DNA of 64,000 bases from the IMG/VR virus record IMGVR_UViG_3300049734_000491, positions 1-64,000 of that record; one strand, written 5' to 3'. Below are positions 44,501-51,850 of the stretch, piece by piece; position 1 is the first letter of the stretch, and the number at the start of each line of letters is the position of its first letter. The translations under genes were made by a program, and so were the position numbers. This stretch comes from a virus. A model generated the notes under the pieces. It did not search any database. It had not been told where the DNA came from and saw only the letters and a program-made list of their open reading frames with translations.

Positions 44501-45617
44501 CACACCGCAACAGCAGGCCCTGCCCACCGACGCTGCACTCAGCGAGTGGGCGTTGAACACCATCGGCCAGCACTTCGGGGCCAACCCGGACTTCGTGCCC
44601 CAGACCGGCACGTCGGATGTGGGTCCGCTGATGCCCGGGCGCAAGTGGAACCAGGAGCAGGTCGAGGAGCTCCTCCGCACCGAGGTCAGTCCCAAGGTCG
44701 GCCGGGATGTGACGCTCGAGGACTTCGAGTTCGTGGTGGCGCCGGACGGCCGGCTGATGGTGGCTGCGACCCAGAAGCTGGCCGAGGATCTCTCGGCCCA
44801 GTCGGGCACGGTCAGCCTCCGCCATGAATCAGACATGGCCTGGGCCCACACTCCCGAGGAGCGGGTCCTGATGATGGCCGACCGCATCGCCGGCGTGCTC
44901 GGCGGGGAGAAGTCGGCTGACAACCAGGGACCAGCCGGTCGAGCTGCCACCGGCGTCTGGGCGTTCGGGCAGAGCTCGGACACCGACATGTGGAACGGAG
45001 CCGGCAACCGCTTCTACTTCTGGACACATCGGGATGATCCACCGCCGAGCGCACCCGAGTCCGGGTTCCACATCCTCATCGACGACGAGATCTTCCAGCG
45101 GTTCCTGGGCAACGGGATGTCCACTGACGACAACTACGGTCGTCGGACCCAGAAGGAAGGTGTAGCATATCCTATCCTTGCTTGGACGTCAACACAGGGC
45201 AGCCCCGACCACAACGAGGCCACCGTCAAGTACGGCTTGGACTCCACGCTGATAGAGGCCATCAAGGTCCCGGACGATCTGTACGAGGGCGTGCTCCGTG
45301 AGGTCCGCCGGCACGGGATCACCGAGGTCGGAGGGCGTCCCATCGAGGAGATCCTGGTGCCGTCCAGCCAACTCATCTCGATGAAGGACCGACGCAAGAC
45401 TCGCCAGGTCAGACCGAACGGCGGCTTCTTCCCGGGTGCGGGCAACGTGTGGACGACCGTCCAGAACTCGAAGGCAGTGCCGGCCCAGAAGAACTCGGCT
45501 GGCGGCCCGGTCCCGGGACCCAGTGAGCTCGGCGAGATGGTCGAGCCTTCGGCTGAAGACTTGGCTGGTCTCGAGGCGGAGCTCGTCGCCGAGGTCGAAG
45601 CGGGAGTCCCGGGATGA
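38559..45617 (+). CDS. Giant (about 2350 aa) virion protein with a PI3/PI4-kinase-like (LepB/HipA-like) domain and a possible C-terminal ART-like domain
   Basis: WEHPRGPDGRF; GGSNPGG, YVK, NEVMASRLY, DAWLANWD, DN, RIDSGG; C-terminal H...SSDTD..GAGNRFYF...NE. Confidence 0.7.
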   Translation: MSTDAELVSYDLETPEGAEAILAAISEIGRQLERKESRDLATRRLENLAAAIGAPGAVVAGARAFVEWEHPRGPDGRFIEKFGWVRWFDFRTQRWLRGRVMDVGDDGQVTVHRRLNDDEVGVYRFNYDQASKQLYSSPKPKATLDFPDVMGEDNAGWKQVGGQGGSNPGGRFVLDVNDGVQNHRWTEEEFDFLFGGRPSVEIIGLVADQKQFDDDDFSDRLKAKIEETYPEAKDEGGAGVWEAIPGGRRSAGGVIIWDDPEDGLQVAVVNRDHEHHQEPTPERKRADFALQNWVLRRVKAKLLPQNPERKLHPTWRRVLYGLGPDSGMGMGVGGPSGLPSVPDLSLGKETAEGIAQSASQGLETASEIRNAATGALVRLEEIVTTDPKARFFPFEIDADVLGTKDRLRALINHFVQPQVRPGDTFYVKDMSGDYTGPDRVANEVMASRLYELAGVAVPDVYQGNDPSKVGSRIIGGELTDIGEHLDNPEVMAKVRMGFVVDAWLANWDVAGLEFDNIVVDEDGIPYRIDSGGALAYRAMGSPKGDMFGPEVGELVTLGPDSPLRGQATAPEMFDGLTHEEKLEGARRVAAISPQQIRDLALETGIDQHVTETLIARRAFIIDEFLEGVDPFAGQPEEVVPEIVEEPAELPETQVKSDLDLLREQVGDVETFDNPAVEPQPAPEALQPDEFPAALTKEEAWSWSGASQQWISNPNEEGGVTEAELEDRWLNQVEELGRYIDGLVASDGVVSVNMPASDLVGSGVLENPKGIVLMTDSLAVPGGRTDMFVPWGTDADGNAVLVSRISGQQVTPALDWVDSRARARTVDLTVIEEGEFEDELDWIDDLATKAADSQVALEAVRTGYDKLAEAEHLGWKPSDDLGDDPVDLLILDGRTPVTSTRGPNGGIQLHDAATGDSMFVIGFGDLALGGDFTRATVTDPDGLEHDLVLPDMTGQQIVRAKLGMAELEQKSGLVQAAQVTAGFPQETWVKPDPELNQPDVSTDIRGSKPVPTGNLAGPALPDDWDYLAELEAGTYVDTSMPTVLDPTDLGETHPLLPASVPIITSIDLRSATDDLVGQWVMHDVQDYRFTRQPALVDEILRNDDGIVGIAVTHPNGAKGVLEGPGLSRLHIVEPPKEGRNIPALDAEIVLGHNGDIRLGMEVLGSWWHADRNISHRHTYGYMVTAPYTAHGKATIGFRSKARDVRKQVRSEVWFADNYQDIRSVEQPKTPGAKTLESQVKSAVPSANLGSGQPWTTGQAVNKSKSWGMREDDSQGIIVAGVHPDRPDLVYYRDHLTGQVTLENASDLVAHGEPASEFTGQMFRADGELWVVSSVEGNEVTAYSVADGLLQVYGIDEISDVVETSPWVPISQFEGQFLEGSLSSQESKDEWQAVGGMLLADGEIPLPGSQVIDGNSRPWRVLEVRVDSLVLADGGELIERPANEYRVDRAHYGGAVGTIGHIELMTDDGVPIEYEPMKGDVVYVTPDQYHVLTATGELRTFDMEDGWEHPTTNTTEHGAVIQDRLTYPGVHRVGVILGGDTSVALFKDPDGWPVSSHLVGSIADAKAGYLTRDGSSKVQSYRESGLETVVEPSTGTGDTGVDIELPEGATPTPDYQPALVVTEEDIDWFPPPGGERTGPGEARAPVPGITGNGLPAGVLEDTTFPQADNSMSLAEAIQMVWANAGYSKEGKTVRFVQFDQGAIEDFFVQVMPVRDQKTGEEYVELFFRPLEPHADKLFESLIAAPPDESVGQWVVPGWPRDTEDVHPSDLAIGDVIAVRRGPNGQLSSWGGNGTFGTARVISGTRVVGQDSEGYDIVEFDVMLPNGKPATIIQQSNWDYVQRAEWMVTDEAGEQRRLGERRPHQLSEEAFAADWRLVAQHVSSQVRHQSQAFEGDGVKVIDTDAAFNGAQLGTPPNSGVTLARKLGDNTKLWLSLHTPKSKRREEENNFGRSIYIQVPRREFEGGTTEDIARSVSAAMEAVGITPQQQALPTDAALSEWALNTIGQHFGANPDFVPQTGTSDVGPLMPGRKWNQEQVEELLRTEVSPKVGRDVTLEDFEFVVAPDGRLMVAATQKLAEDLSAQSGTVSLRHESDMAWAHTPEERVLMMADRIAGVLGGEKSADNQGPAGRAATGVWAFGQSSDTDMWNGAGNRFYFWTHRDDPPPSAPESGFHILIDDEIFQRFLGNGMSTDDNYGRRTQKEGVAYPILAWTSTQGSPDHNEATVKYGLDSTLIEAIKVPDDLYEGVLREVRRHGITEVGGRPIEEILVPSSQLISMKDRRKTRQVRPNGGFFPGAGNVWTTVQNSKAVPAQKNSAGGPVPGPSELGEMVEPSAEDLAGLEAELVAEVEAGVPG

Positions 45618-46441
45618 GCCACTTCCTGTTCCAGCCGGCTTGCGTGGTGGTGGGCTCGGTCCCCCAGCACATCTCCTGGTCGGTCGAGGCCCCGGACCTC
45701 GAGCCGAACCTGGCCGCCTCGAGCAAACTCCTGCGGCTGTTCGACGGCAACGGCGAGGGCATCACCGAGTACGTGTGGAAGACCAACCCGGTCCGCCGAG
45801 GACAGCAGTGGGTGTTCCTCACCGAGGACGGCACGACGATCCAAGTTCGGCAGGCTCTGCCGGGGGATGCTGTCTCCACCGGGTTCGCCCCGTACCCGCT
45901 GCCCCACAAGCTCCTTCGGGAGAAGTCGAGGAACCCAGCGATGACCCAGCAAGAAGAACTGATGGCGGCGGTGAACCCGGACGACCACTACGTGCTCACC
46001 CTCGTGGTGGTGAGTCCGGCTGGTGTGTTCGCTCGCTACAGCCAGAACTGGTTCGAGATCGACTCGGCCAACTCGCTGGGCAACTGCTACCTGGTTGGGG
46101 TGGAGCCCACGGCCATCGAGACCTACGACGCCTACGACTCGAGGGGAGCCCAGGTGGCGATCGAGTCGCTGCCCACCATTCGTGGCTGGACACCCCAGGC
46201 CCAGGTCGCCACCGTCCAGGTCGCAGAGGAGGTGGTCGAGCCAGTGGGTTCGGCTCCCGGGAATCCGGTCGGCCCAGCCACCTTGACCGCAGCCGGCGTC
46301 CTCGAGATGCCGACCTCGCTCGAGCAACTCGATGTGATCGGCCGGTCCCTGGCGTACGCGACCGAGAACCCAGAAGTTCGCTGGGCGGTGCAGCGCCGGC
46401 TCGAGCAGCTCGGCTGGACGGAGGAGCTCCCGTGGAACTGA
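45614..46441 (+). CDS. Hypothetical head-region protein
   Basis: ATGA-coupled; codon bias. Confidence 0.65.
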   Translation: MSHFLFQPACVVVGSVPQHISWSVEAPDLEPNLAASSKLLRLFDGNGEGITEYVWKTNPVRRGQQWVFLTEDGTTIQVRQALPGDAVSTGFAPYPLPHKLLREKSRNPAMTQQEELMAAVNPDDHYVLTLVVVSPAGVFARYSQNWFEIDSANSLGNCYLVGVEPTAIETYDAYDSRGAQVAIESLPTIRGWTPQAQVATVQVAEEVVEPVGSAPGNPVGPATLTAAGVLEMPTSLEQLDVIGRSLAYATENPEVRWAVQRRLEQLGWTEELPWN

Positions 46442-47676
46442 TGCTGACCCAGAAGCCACCGAGGTCGTACCCGGCTCCGAGGTTGGCTGGGGGCCAGAGC
46501 TACACCCTCGAGGAGCTCGAGTGGATCTCGATCGCCAGGCGCGAAGACGACCTGCTTCGTGACTGGGCCCGCAAGGTCGTGGCCCGGGAGGACAAGCTCT
46601 CCCTCGATGAACTCCTGGCTGACCGTGGCCTCGAGCCGCCGGAGCGCCAGGACGAACTGCCGGCTGCCCTGGTCGTCCGGGGCTCGGGTGGTGCAACGAC
46701 GGTGCGGGGCCTGGTCCGGCGAGATCGAGCTTTCCTCCCCGGAGTTGGCTGGAGACCCAGGGCTGAACTCGAGGAGCAACTCCCGGCCAAGGCCGGCTCG
46801 TGGGTGGGACGAGCTGATTGGGAGGAGATCCCCTGCTCGACCCAGGAGTTGGCCGGTCTCTATCGAGCTTTCAGGGATGGGGTGGAGGAGGTGGGTCTCC
46901 GGGAGTACATCCCTCGAGGCTGGCTGGACGGGGCTGCGGTCGTGTCGGATCGGGTCCTCGAGCCGCTCGAGGTGCTCGGCCTGGCCGCCGCGGCAGCCGG
47001 CTCGGCCAAGCTCCCGGAAGGAGCAGTCGTCACTGCCGTCGTCGATGAGCTCGACAAGACCGCTGTCCTCGAGTTGTTGGCTGTGGCGCCCGGGCCGATC
47101 ATCTTCCGCCGGCACGATGGCCAGTGGCTCCAGGACGACAAGTGGATGGCGGTGCTCCAATCGGTGAAGCCACCACCGCTGGTCAAGATCAGTGACCCAG
47201 AGCAGATCGCCACCGTGGCCAGCGCAGTGGATGCCTCGACGGCTGGCCAGCCCTTCGATCCCAACGAGGAGCAGGCAGGCCAGCGCAAGCGCCCGGGTCG
47301 CAAGCCGGGTGAGGTGCGGGCGTCAGGTTGGCTGGCGACCAGGAACTTCCGCTTCGCCATGCTCGAGGCCGTCCACCTCGAGGACCTGGTTCCCAACCAG
47401 GTTGTCCTGGCTGCGCCGACACCGAAGGGTGCGGCTGGTGCAGAACGCCTGCGGCAGTACTGGTTGAACGGCGAGGGGGCGGCCAAGATCATGTGGGGGA
47501 CTCCGCGGGACTGGACTCGCTGCGTCGGGTTCCTCTCGAAGTACCTCGGAGTACGAGCCAAAGCCTACTGCAACCTGCTCCACGCCAGACGACTTGGGTA
47601 CTGGCCCAACTCGAAGATCCAAGCACCGCAACCCGGCGTCAAGGAACGTGCGATGGCCGCACAGTTCAAGGAGTGA
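46441..47676 (+). CDS. Head-region protein with a conserved actinophage C-terminal module
   Basis: TGATG coupling; LRQYW..GEGAAKI.WG.P.DW.RC...KY...YC..LH...G.WP module. Confidence 0.7.
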   Translation: MLTQKPPRSYPAPRLAGGQSYTLEELEWISIARREDDLLRDWARKVVAREDKLSLDELLADRGLEPPERQDELPAALVVRGSGGATTVRGLVRRDRAFLPGVGWRPRAELEEQLPAKAGSWVGRADWEEIPCSTQELAGLYRAFRDGVEEVGLREYIPRGWLDGAAVVSDRVLEPLEVLGLAAAAAGSAKLPEGAVVTAVVDELDKTAVLELLAVAPGPIIFRRHDGQWLQDDKWMAVLQSVKPPPLVKISDPEQIATVASAVDASTAGQPFDPNEEQAGQRKRPGRKPGEVRASGWLATRNFRFAMLEAVHLEDLVPNQVVLAAPTPKGAAGAERLRQYWLNGEGAAKIMWGTPRDWTRCVGFLSKYLGVRAKAYCNLLHARRLGYWPNSKIQAPQPGVKERAMAAQFKE

Positions 47677-47705
47677 TTGTGGGCGGATCAACTACTCTAT
47701 TACAC

Positions 47706-48212
47706 ATGGATCAACCTGCTGGTGTGGGTGTGCGCGTCCCGTGGGACAAGATCGACGTGGTCGATCGAGGGTTTGGTGAGTGCTGGGTGTACCGAGGTGG
47801 CTACAACGGTCACTGGCTCCGGTTCTCCCGTGCGTTCTGGCGTGAGCATTTCGGTGAGAACCCCCAGCGATCTGAAGGCCGAGGGTTCAACCACGTGTGT
47901 GAGATCCACGGTGAGAAGAACCTCTGCTTGAACCCCGAGCACGTATTCGTGGGTGACTGGTCCACCAATGCCAAGACGTTTCATGAACGTCGGAAGCAGG
48001 CGGGGAAGACGCACTACAACTCTGAGGAGTCACGCCAGCGAGTCGTAGATGCAAACAGCGCACCCAAGTCGTTCGAGCACAAGCAGGCGCTCTCAGTGTC
48101 AGCGAAGAATCGCTGGGCTGATCCGAAGGAGCACATTCGACAGAAGTGTTCCAAGTGCGGACGGATGATCCATCCGCTGTGGGTGAAGCGCCATGCTCGG
48201 GAGCACGAATGA
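47706..48212 (+). CDS. HNH-type homing endonuclease
   Basis: CWVY, NHVC..LCLNPEH...N, NUMOD3-like basic region, CSKC. Confidence 0.65.
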   Translation: MDQPAGVGVRVPWDKIDVVDRGFGECWVYRGGYNGHWLRFSRAFWREHFGENPQRSEGRGFNHVCEIHGEKNLCLNPEHVFVGDWSTNAKTFHERRKQAGKTHYNSEESRQRVVDANSAPKSFEHKQALSVSAKNRWADPKEHIRQKCSKCGRMIHPLWVKRHAREHE

Positions 48213-49123
48213 GATCGCTGGCCGAGCTCCAGTTCGCCCTCGATGTGATCGAGGCCGACCGTCTCGAGGACGGTGCGATCCTGGCTGCGCCGGCTGGCTA
48301 CGTCCCGGGTGCCAACCCCAACAACCTCAGCGAGGCCGAGCTCGAGCAGCGTCGAGCTGCTGCCCTCAAGTCGGCCGAGGCCAGGCGCAAGACCGGCGTG
48401 GCCGAGGCCCTGCGGATACGGAACCAGGCCGTGGCCAACGCTGCGGTCCACAAGGCCCAGGTCGACTTCTTCCTCCAGGTCGCAGCCGAGAACCGGAAGT
48501 CCCAGCTCCGGGCTGAGCTCGGCGATCCCAGCCTGACCAAGGCCGAGCGCCAGGCGCTCGAGGACGAGCTCGCCGAGGCCTATGCCACAGAGCAGCTGTA
48601 CAACGCCGAGCGTGCCAAGGAGCAGATGAAGCGCCAGCAGGAGATGCGCTACTGGCAGAAGGAGCAGGCACAGGCTGGCAAGCGCTACGACTCCGCGGCG
48701 TGGGCCAACGCCCAGAAGCACATCGAGGAACTCAAGAAGGTCATGGACGACGAGGAGCTCGCCGGCGCCATGATCAAGGAGTACCAGGGCGCTCGCAAGA
48801 AGTACCTGGCTGACGAGGAACGACAGCGCAAGCAGGTCGAGGCGGCCGAGCGGGAACGGGAGCGCCAGGTCAAGAAGTTCTTCGCCGAGCTCGAGCGCCA
48901 GGAGAAGAAGCGCCAGCGTGAGGCCGAGTCAGCCAGGAAGAAGGCTGAGCGTGAGGCGGAGAAGGCCCGCAAGAAGGCTGAGCGTGAGGGCGGCGGCGAC
49001 TCCGAGTATGCCAAGGCACTTGCGGCAGAGACCCAGCGGATCAAGGACAACTACTACGGCAAGGGTCGAACCCCGCTCTGGCAGCACGAGGAGTGGAAGA
49101 ACCGGAAGAAGGCCAAGAAGTGA
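48209..49123 (+). CDS. Basic coiled-coil protein
   Basis: K/R/E/A-rich helical sequence; ATGA coupling. Confidence 0.65.
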   Translation: MRSLAELQFALDVIEADRLEDGAILAAPAGYVPGANPNNLSEAELEQRRAAALKSAEARRKTGVAEALRIRNQAVANAAVHKAQVDFFLQVAAENRKSQLRAELGDPSLTKAERQALEDELAEAYATEQLYNAERAKEQMKRQQEMRYWQKEQAQAGKRYDSAAWANAQKHIEELKKVMDDEELAGAMIKEYQGARKKYLADEERQRKQVEAAERERERQVKKFFAELERQEKKRQREAESARKKAEREAEKARKKAEREGGGDSEYAKALAAETQRIKDNYYGKGRTPLWQHEEWKNRKKAKK

Positions 49124-49146
49124 ACAGGAGAACCAAAGGAGTCCTG

Positions 49147-50715
49147 ATGGCAAAGACAATCGAACGACGTGTCGAGGAGGTGGTCCCGGACGGCGAGTAC
49201 GCAGCCGAGTCACCGCTCCCCTCCGGCATCCCCTTCCTGGGCATGGTTCGGGAGACCGGAGCCATCACGGCCGGCGTGTTTCCCGTGCGTCCGCCCAAGC
49301 AATGGTTCGTCAACCCCAGGCTCGGAAAGCTGTCTGGGCTCGAGATCGGGGGCGACGGCCGGGTGTTCGGCCACATCGCGTCCTGGGCCCAGAGCCACAT
49401 CGGCATGGCCGGCTCGGTGAAGGCGCCCAAGAACAGATCGGGGTACGCCTACTACCGCACCGGACTGTGTGAGACGTCCGAGGGCGAGATGGTCGAGGTC
49501 GGCCAGATCACCCTGACGGGGGGCCATGCACCGTTGACCGCTGACGTCACCAATGCGGTGAAGCACTATGACGACACTGCGTCTGCCGTCATGGATGTCA
49601 ACATCGGCGAGGATGCCCATGGCATCTGGGTCGCCGGGGCTCTGCGCCCCGAGGTCACCGACGAGCAGCTCCGTACGTTGAGAGCCTCGTCGGTCTCTGG
49701 GGACTGGCGACCCATCAACGGGGCCCTCGAGTTGGTGGCGGTGTGCGCCGTCAACGTCCCGGGATTCCCCATCCCCCGGGCCCTGGTCGCGGGCGGCGAG
49801 CCCCTGGCCCTGGTCGCAGCCGGCACGGCGGAGCTGGTCGAGGCCGTGCTGTTCCACGACGCCGAGTCGGCCGAGGCCCAGGTGGCCAGGCTCGAGGGGC
49901 TCAGCCAGGAAGAGCTCGTCGCCCTGGCCGAGTTGGACCTGCAGTTCGGAACGGCGGTCCGGGAGGACGAGCTCACCGTCGATGCCCGGCTCGAGCGCCT
50001 CGAGCGCCAACTCCTGGGTGAGGCAGCGGAACGGAGGCGCCAACTCGATCAGGCGGTCCTGGCTGCAGCCAACCGGATCGTGGCAGCCGGCGAATTCACC
50101 GGGGCCCAGACACGCCGGCGCACCAAAGCTCGGGCCGAGGAACGGGCTGCCCTGGTGGCGGCGCTTCGGGATCGGGTCGGGGTGCAGTCACCCGAGGAGG
50201 AACGGAAGGCTGAGCTCCGTGCCCGAGTCGGCATCACTGCTGATGCTGCTCCGGTGGGTGAGGAGGAACGGGCTGCTGAACTCCGACGCCGTGTGCTCGG
50301 TGACCTGACCGCCGAACTGGTGGAGTCGGCTGCGGGAACGGAGCCAGATGATCAGGTGGACAAGCTGGAGGAGTTGCGCTCCCGCGTGCTCGGTGACACC
50401 ACGCTGTGGGAGGACGGCCTCGAGATCGACCTGTCGGTAACGGAGGGTGTCGCTGCTGCTGCTCGTGCCCGTGTGCAGGGTGGGCTGGTGGCAACGGCCA
50501 CCAAGTCGTGGAACCGTGAGAAGCGTGACAAGGCCGCTCAGAAGGGGCAGGCCATGTCGGACGGGTCCTACCCGATCAAGGACAAGGCCGACCTGAAGAA
50601 GGCCATCAAGGCCATCGGACGGGGCAAGAAGTCCCACGCCTCCATCAAGGCCCACATCAAGAAGCGTGCCAAGGCTCTCGGTGCGACCAACCTGCTGCCC
50701 GATGATTGGAAGTAG
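49147..50715 (+). CDS. Capsid maturation (prohead) protease with a scaffold-like C-terminus
   Basis: RVFGHIASW, GGHAP, HYDDT, GEDAHGIWVAGAL, SGDWRPINGALEL..VNVPGFP. Confidence 0.8.
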   Translation: MAKTIERRVEEVVPDGEYAAESPLPSGIPFLGMVRETGAITAGVFPVRPPKQWFVNPRLGKLSGLEIGGDGRVFGHIASWAQSHIGMAGSVKAPKNRSGYAYYRTGLCETSEGEMVEVGQITLTGGHAPLTADVTNAVKHYDDTASAVMDVNIGEDAHGIWVAGALRPEVTDEQLRTLRASSVSGDWRPINGALELVAVCAVNVPGFPIPRALVAGGEPLALVAAGTAELVEAVLFHDAESAEAQVARLEGLSQEELVALAELDLQFGTAVREDELTVDARLERLERQLLGEAAERRRQLDQAVLAAANRIVAAGEFTGAQTRRRTKARAEERAALVAALRDRVGVQSPEEERKAELRARVGITADAAPVGEEERAAELRRRVLGDLTAELVESAAGTEPDDQVDKLEELRSRVLGDTTLWEDGLEIDLSVTEGVAAAARARVQGGLVATATKSWNREKRDKAAQKGQAMSDGSYPIKDKADLKKAIKAIGRGKKSHASIKAHIKKRAKALGATNLLPDDWK

Positions 50716-50744
50716 GGTCGCAGGCTTCACTGCCACGTGAACGG

Positions 50745-50781
50745 AGAAGGCCCCCGCTCCTCTCGGGAACGGGGGCCTCTC
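50745..50781. terminator. Hairpin terminator between convergent genes
   Basis: GGCCCCCG...CGGGGGCC stem. Confidence 0.65.
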
Positions 50782-50800
50782 TGTTGGGGGCAGGGGTGGA

Positions 50801-51142
50801 TCAGTAGGCCGTGCCTCCCGCTGCGATGTACCGCTCGTAGGAACGGAGGCACTCGGTGCTGTTCCACACCTTGCTGTCCTCCTCGGTGGTGTAGCCGAGA
50901 ACGGAGCCAGTGGCGTCGGTCCACACGCTCACCTCGTCGGTGACAGGCGTGAACTCATCCAACGGGCCGATGACCACCTCCACACACGCCGTGCTGGGCA
51001 GGGCTTCGGTGGGAACGGAGGTGCTGTCGGTGGACAGCGTTGAGGTGATGACCCACGTGAGGAGGGCCGTCGCCGCCACCACGCCGATGAGGGCGAGGGA
51101 ACGGAGGGTGGAACGGTGGTTGGGGTTGCTGTGCTGTGTCAT
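50801..51142 (-). CDS. Membrane-anchored or secreted protein (leaderless)
   Basis: TTGACG-17-TACAGT (51150-51178), ATG 7 nt later, N-terminal TM. Confidence 0.65.
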   Translation of the reverse strand: MTQHSNPNHRSTLRSLALIGVVAATALLTWVITSTLSTDSTSVPTEALPSTACVEVVIGPLDEFTPVTDEVSVWTDATGSVLGYTTEEDSKVWNSTECLRSYERYIAAGGTAY

Positions 51143-51199
51143 GTGGATCACTGTAGTGGTTGGACTGTAGGACGTCAACCCTCTGCTGTGTGAGGCTGA

Positions 51200-51720
51200 G
51201 GTGTACCACAGGTAGGTTGGGGCAGGGGCAGGGAGGGGGAGGGTGGGGTGAGTGAGTGAGGTGAGGATGCTCCGCTGGTCGGGCTGGGAGCGGGCTGAGG
51301 TGAAGTGAGCAAGGCAGAGGGGTGGGGTGGGGGGTGGGCAGGGGGTGGGGGTGGGCAGGGGTGGGAGAGCTCCGCCGTGCGCCCACCCTCCTTTGAGGTG
51401 ATCGAGAGGCAGGCAGGGGGTGGGGGTTGGGGGGTGGGGTGGGGTGGCCCTGTGCTGTGCAGTGTGCACTGTGATGCGTGTGCTGGTGAGGTGCACTGTG
51501 TCAGGTGAGATGTGATGTGCACTGTGGTGGTGAAGGCAGGTGCTGTGCTGTGTGAGGTGCACCTGCAGGCGCGAGTGAAGGTGGTGAGCACCCTGTGCAA
51601 GGTGGGGTAGGGGGTCGGCCCCTTCCCCGGCGGACGGCCGGGCGGAGCGGTCCAGGGGCGAGTTTCTCGAGGGCCGGGCCCCCGGGCGCGCACACCCCCC
51701 ACCCAGATTTTTGGCTCGCG
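51200..51720. other. Low-complexity G/T-rich non-coding tract with G-runs and GTGCAC repeats
   Basis: Many G4-G6 runs at 51219-51446; GTGCAC at 51464, 51491, 51517, 51557. Confidence 0.8.
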
Positions 51721-51850
51721 TAAGCCCCAAATACTCCACAAACCTCCGAACATCCCCTACCATCAACAACAGAGCGCCCCCGGGACCTCATTTACGGACG
51801 TCGTATCCGCCACGGCTCCACGCCGTGAACCGTGAATGAGGAGTCCCCCA

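Noticed and set aside
51143-51769. N-terminal 200 aa of the 322-aa minus-strand ORF
   Set aside because: Translation of a low-complexity tract; a leaderless promoter places the true start at 51142
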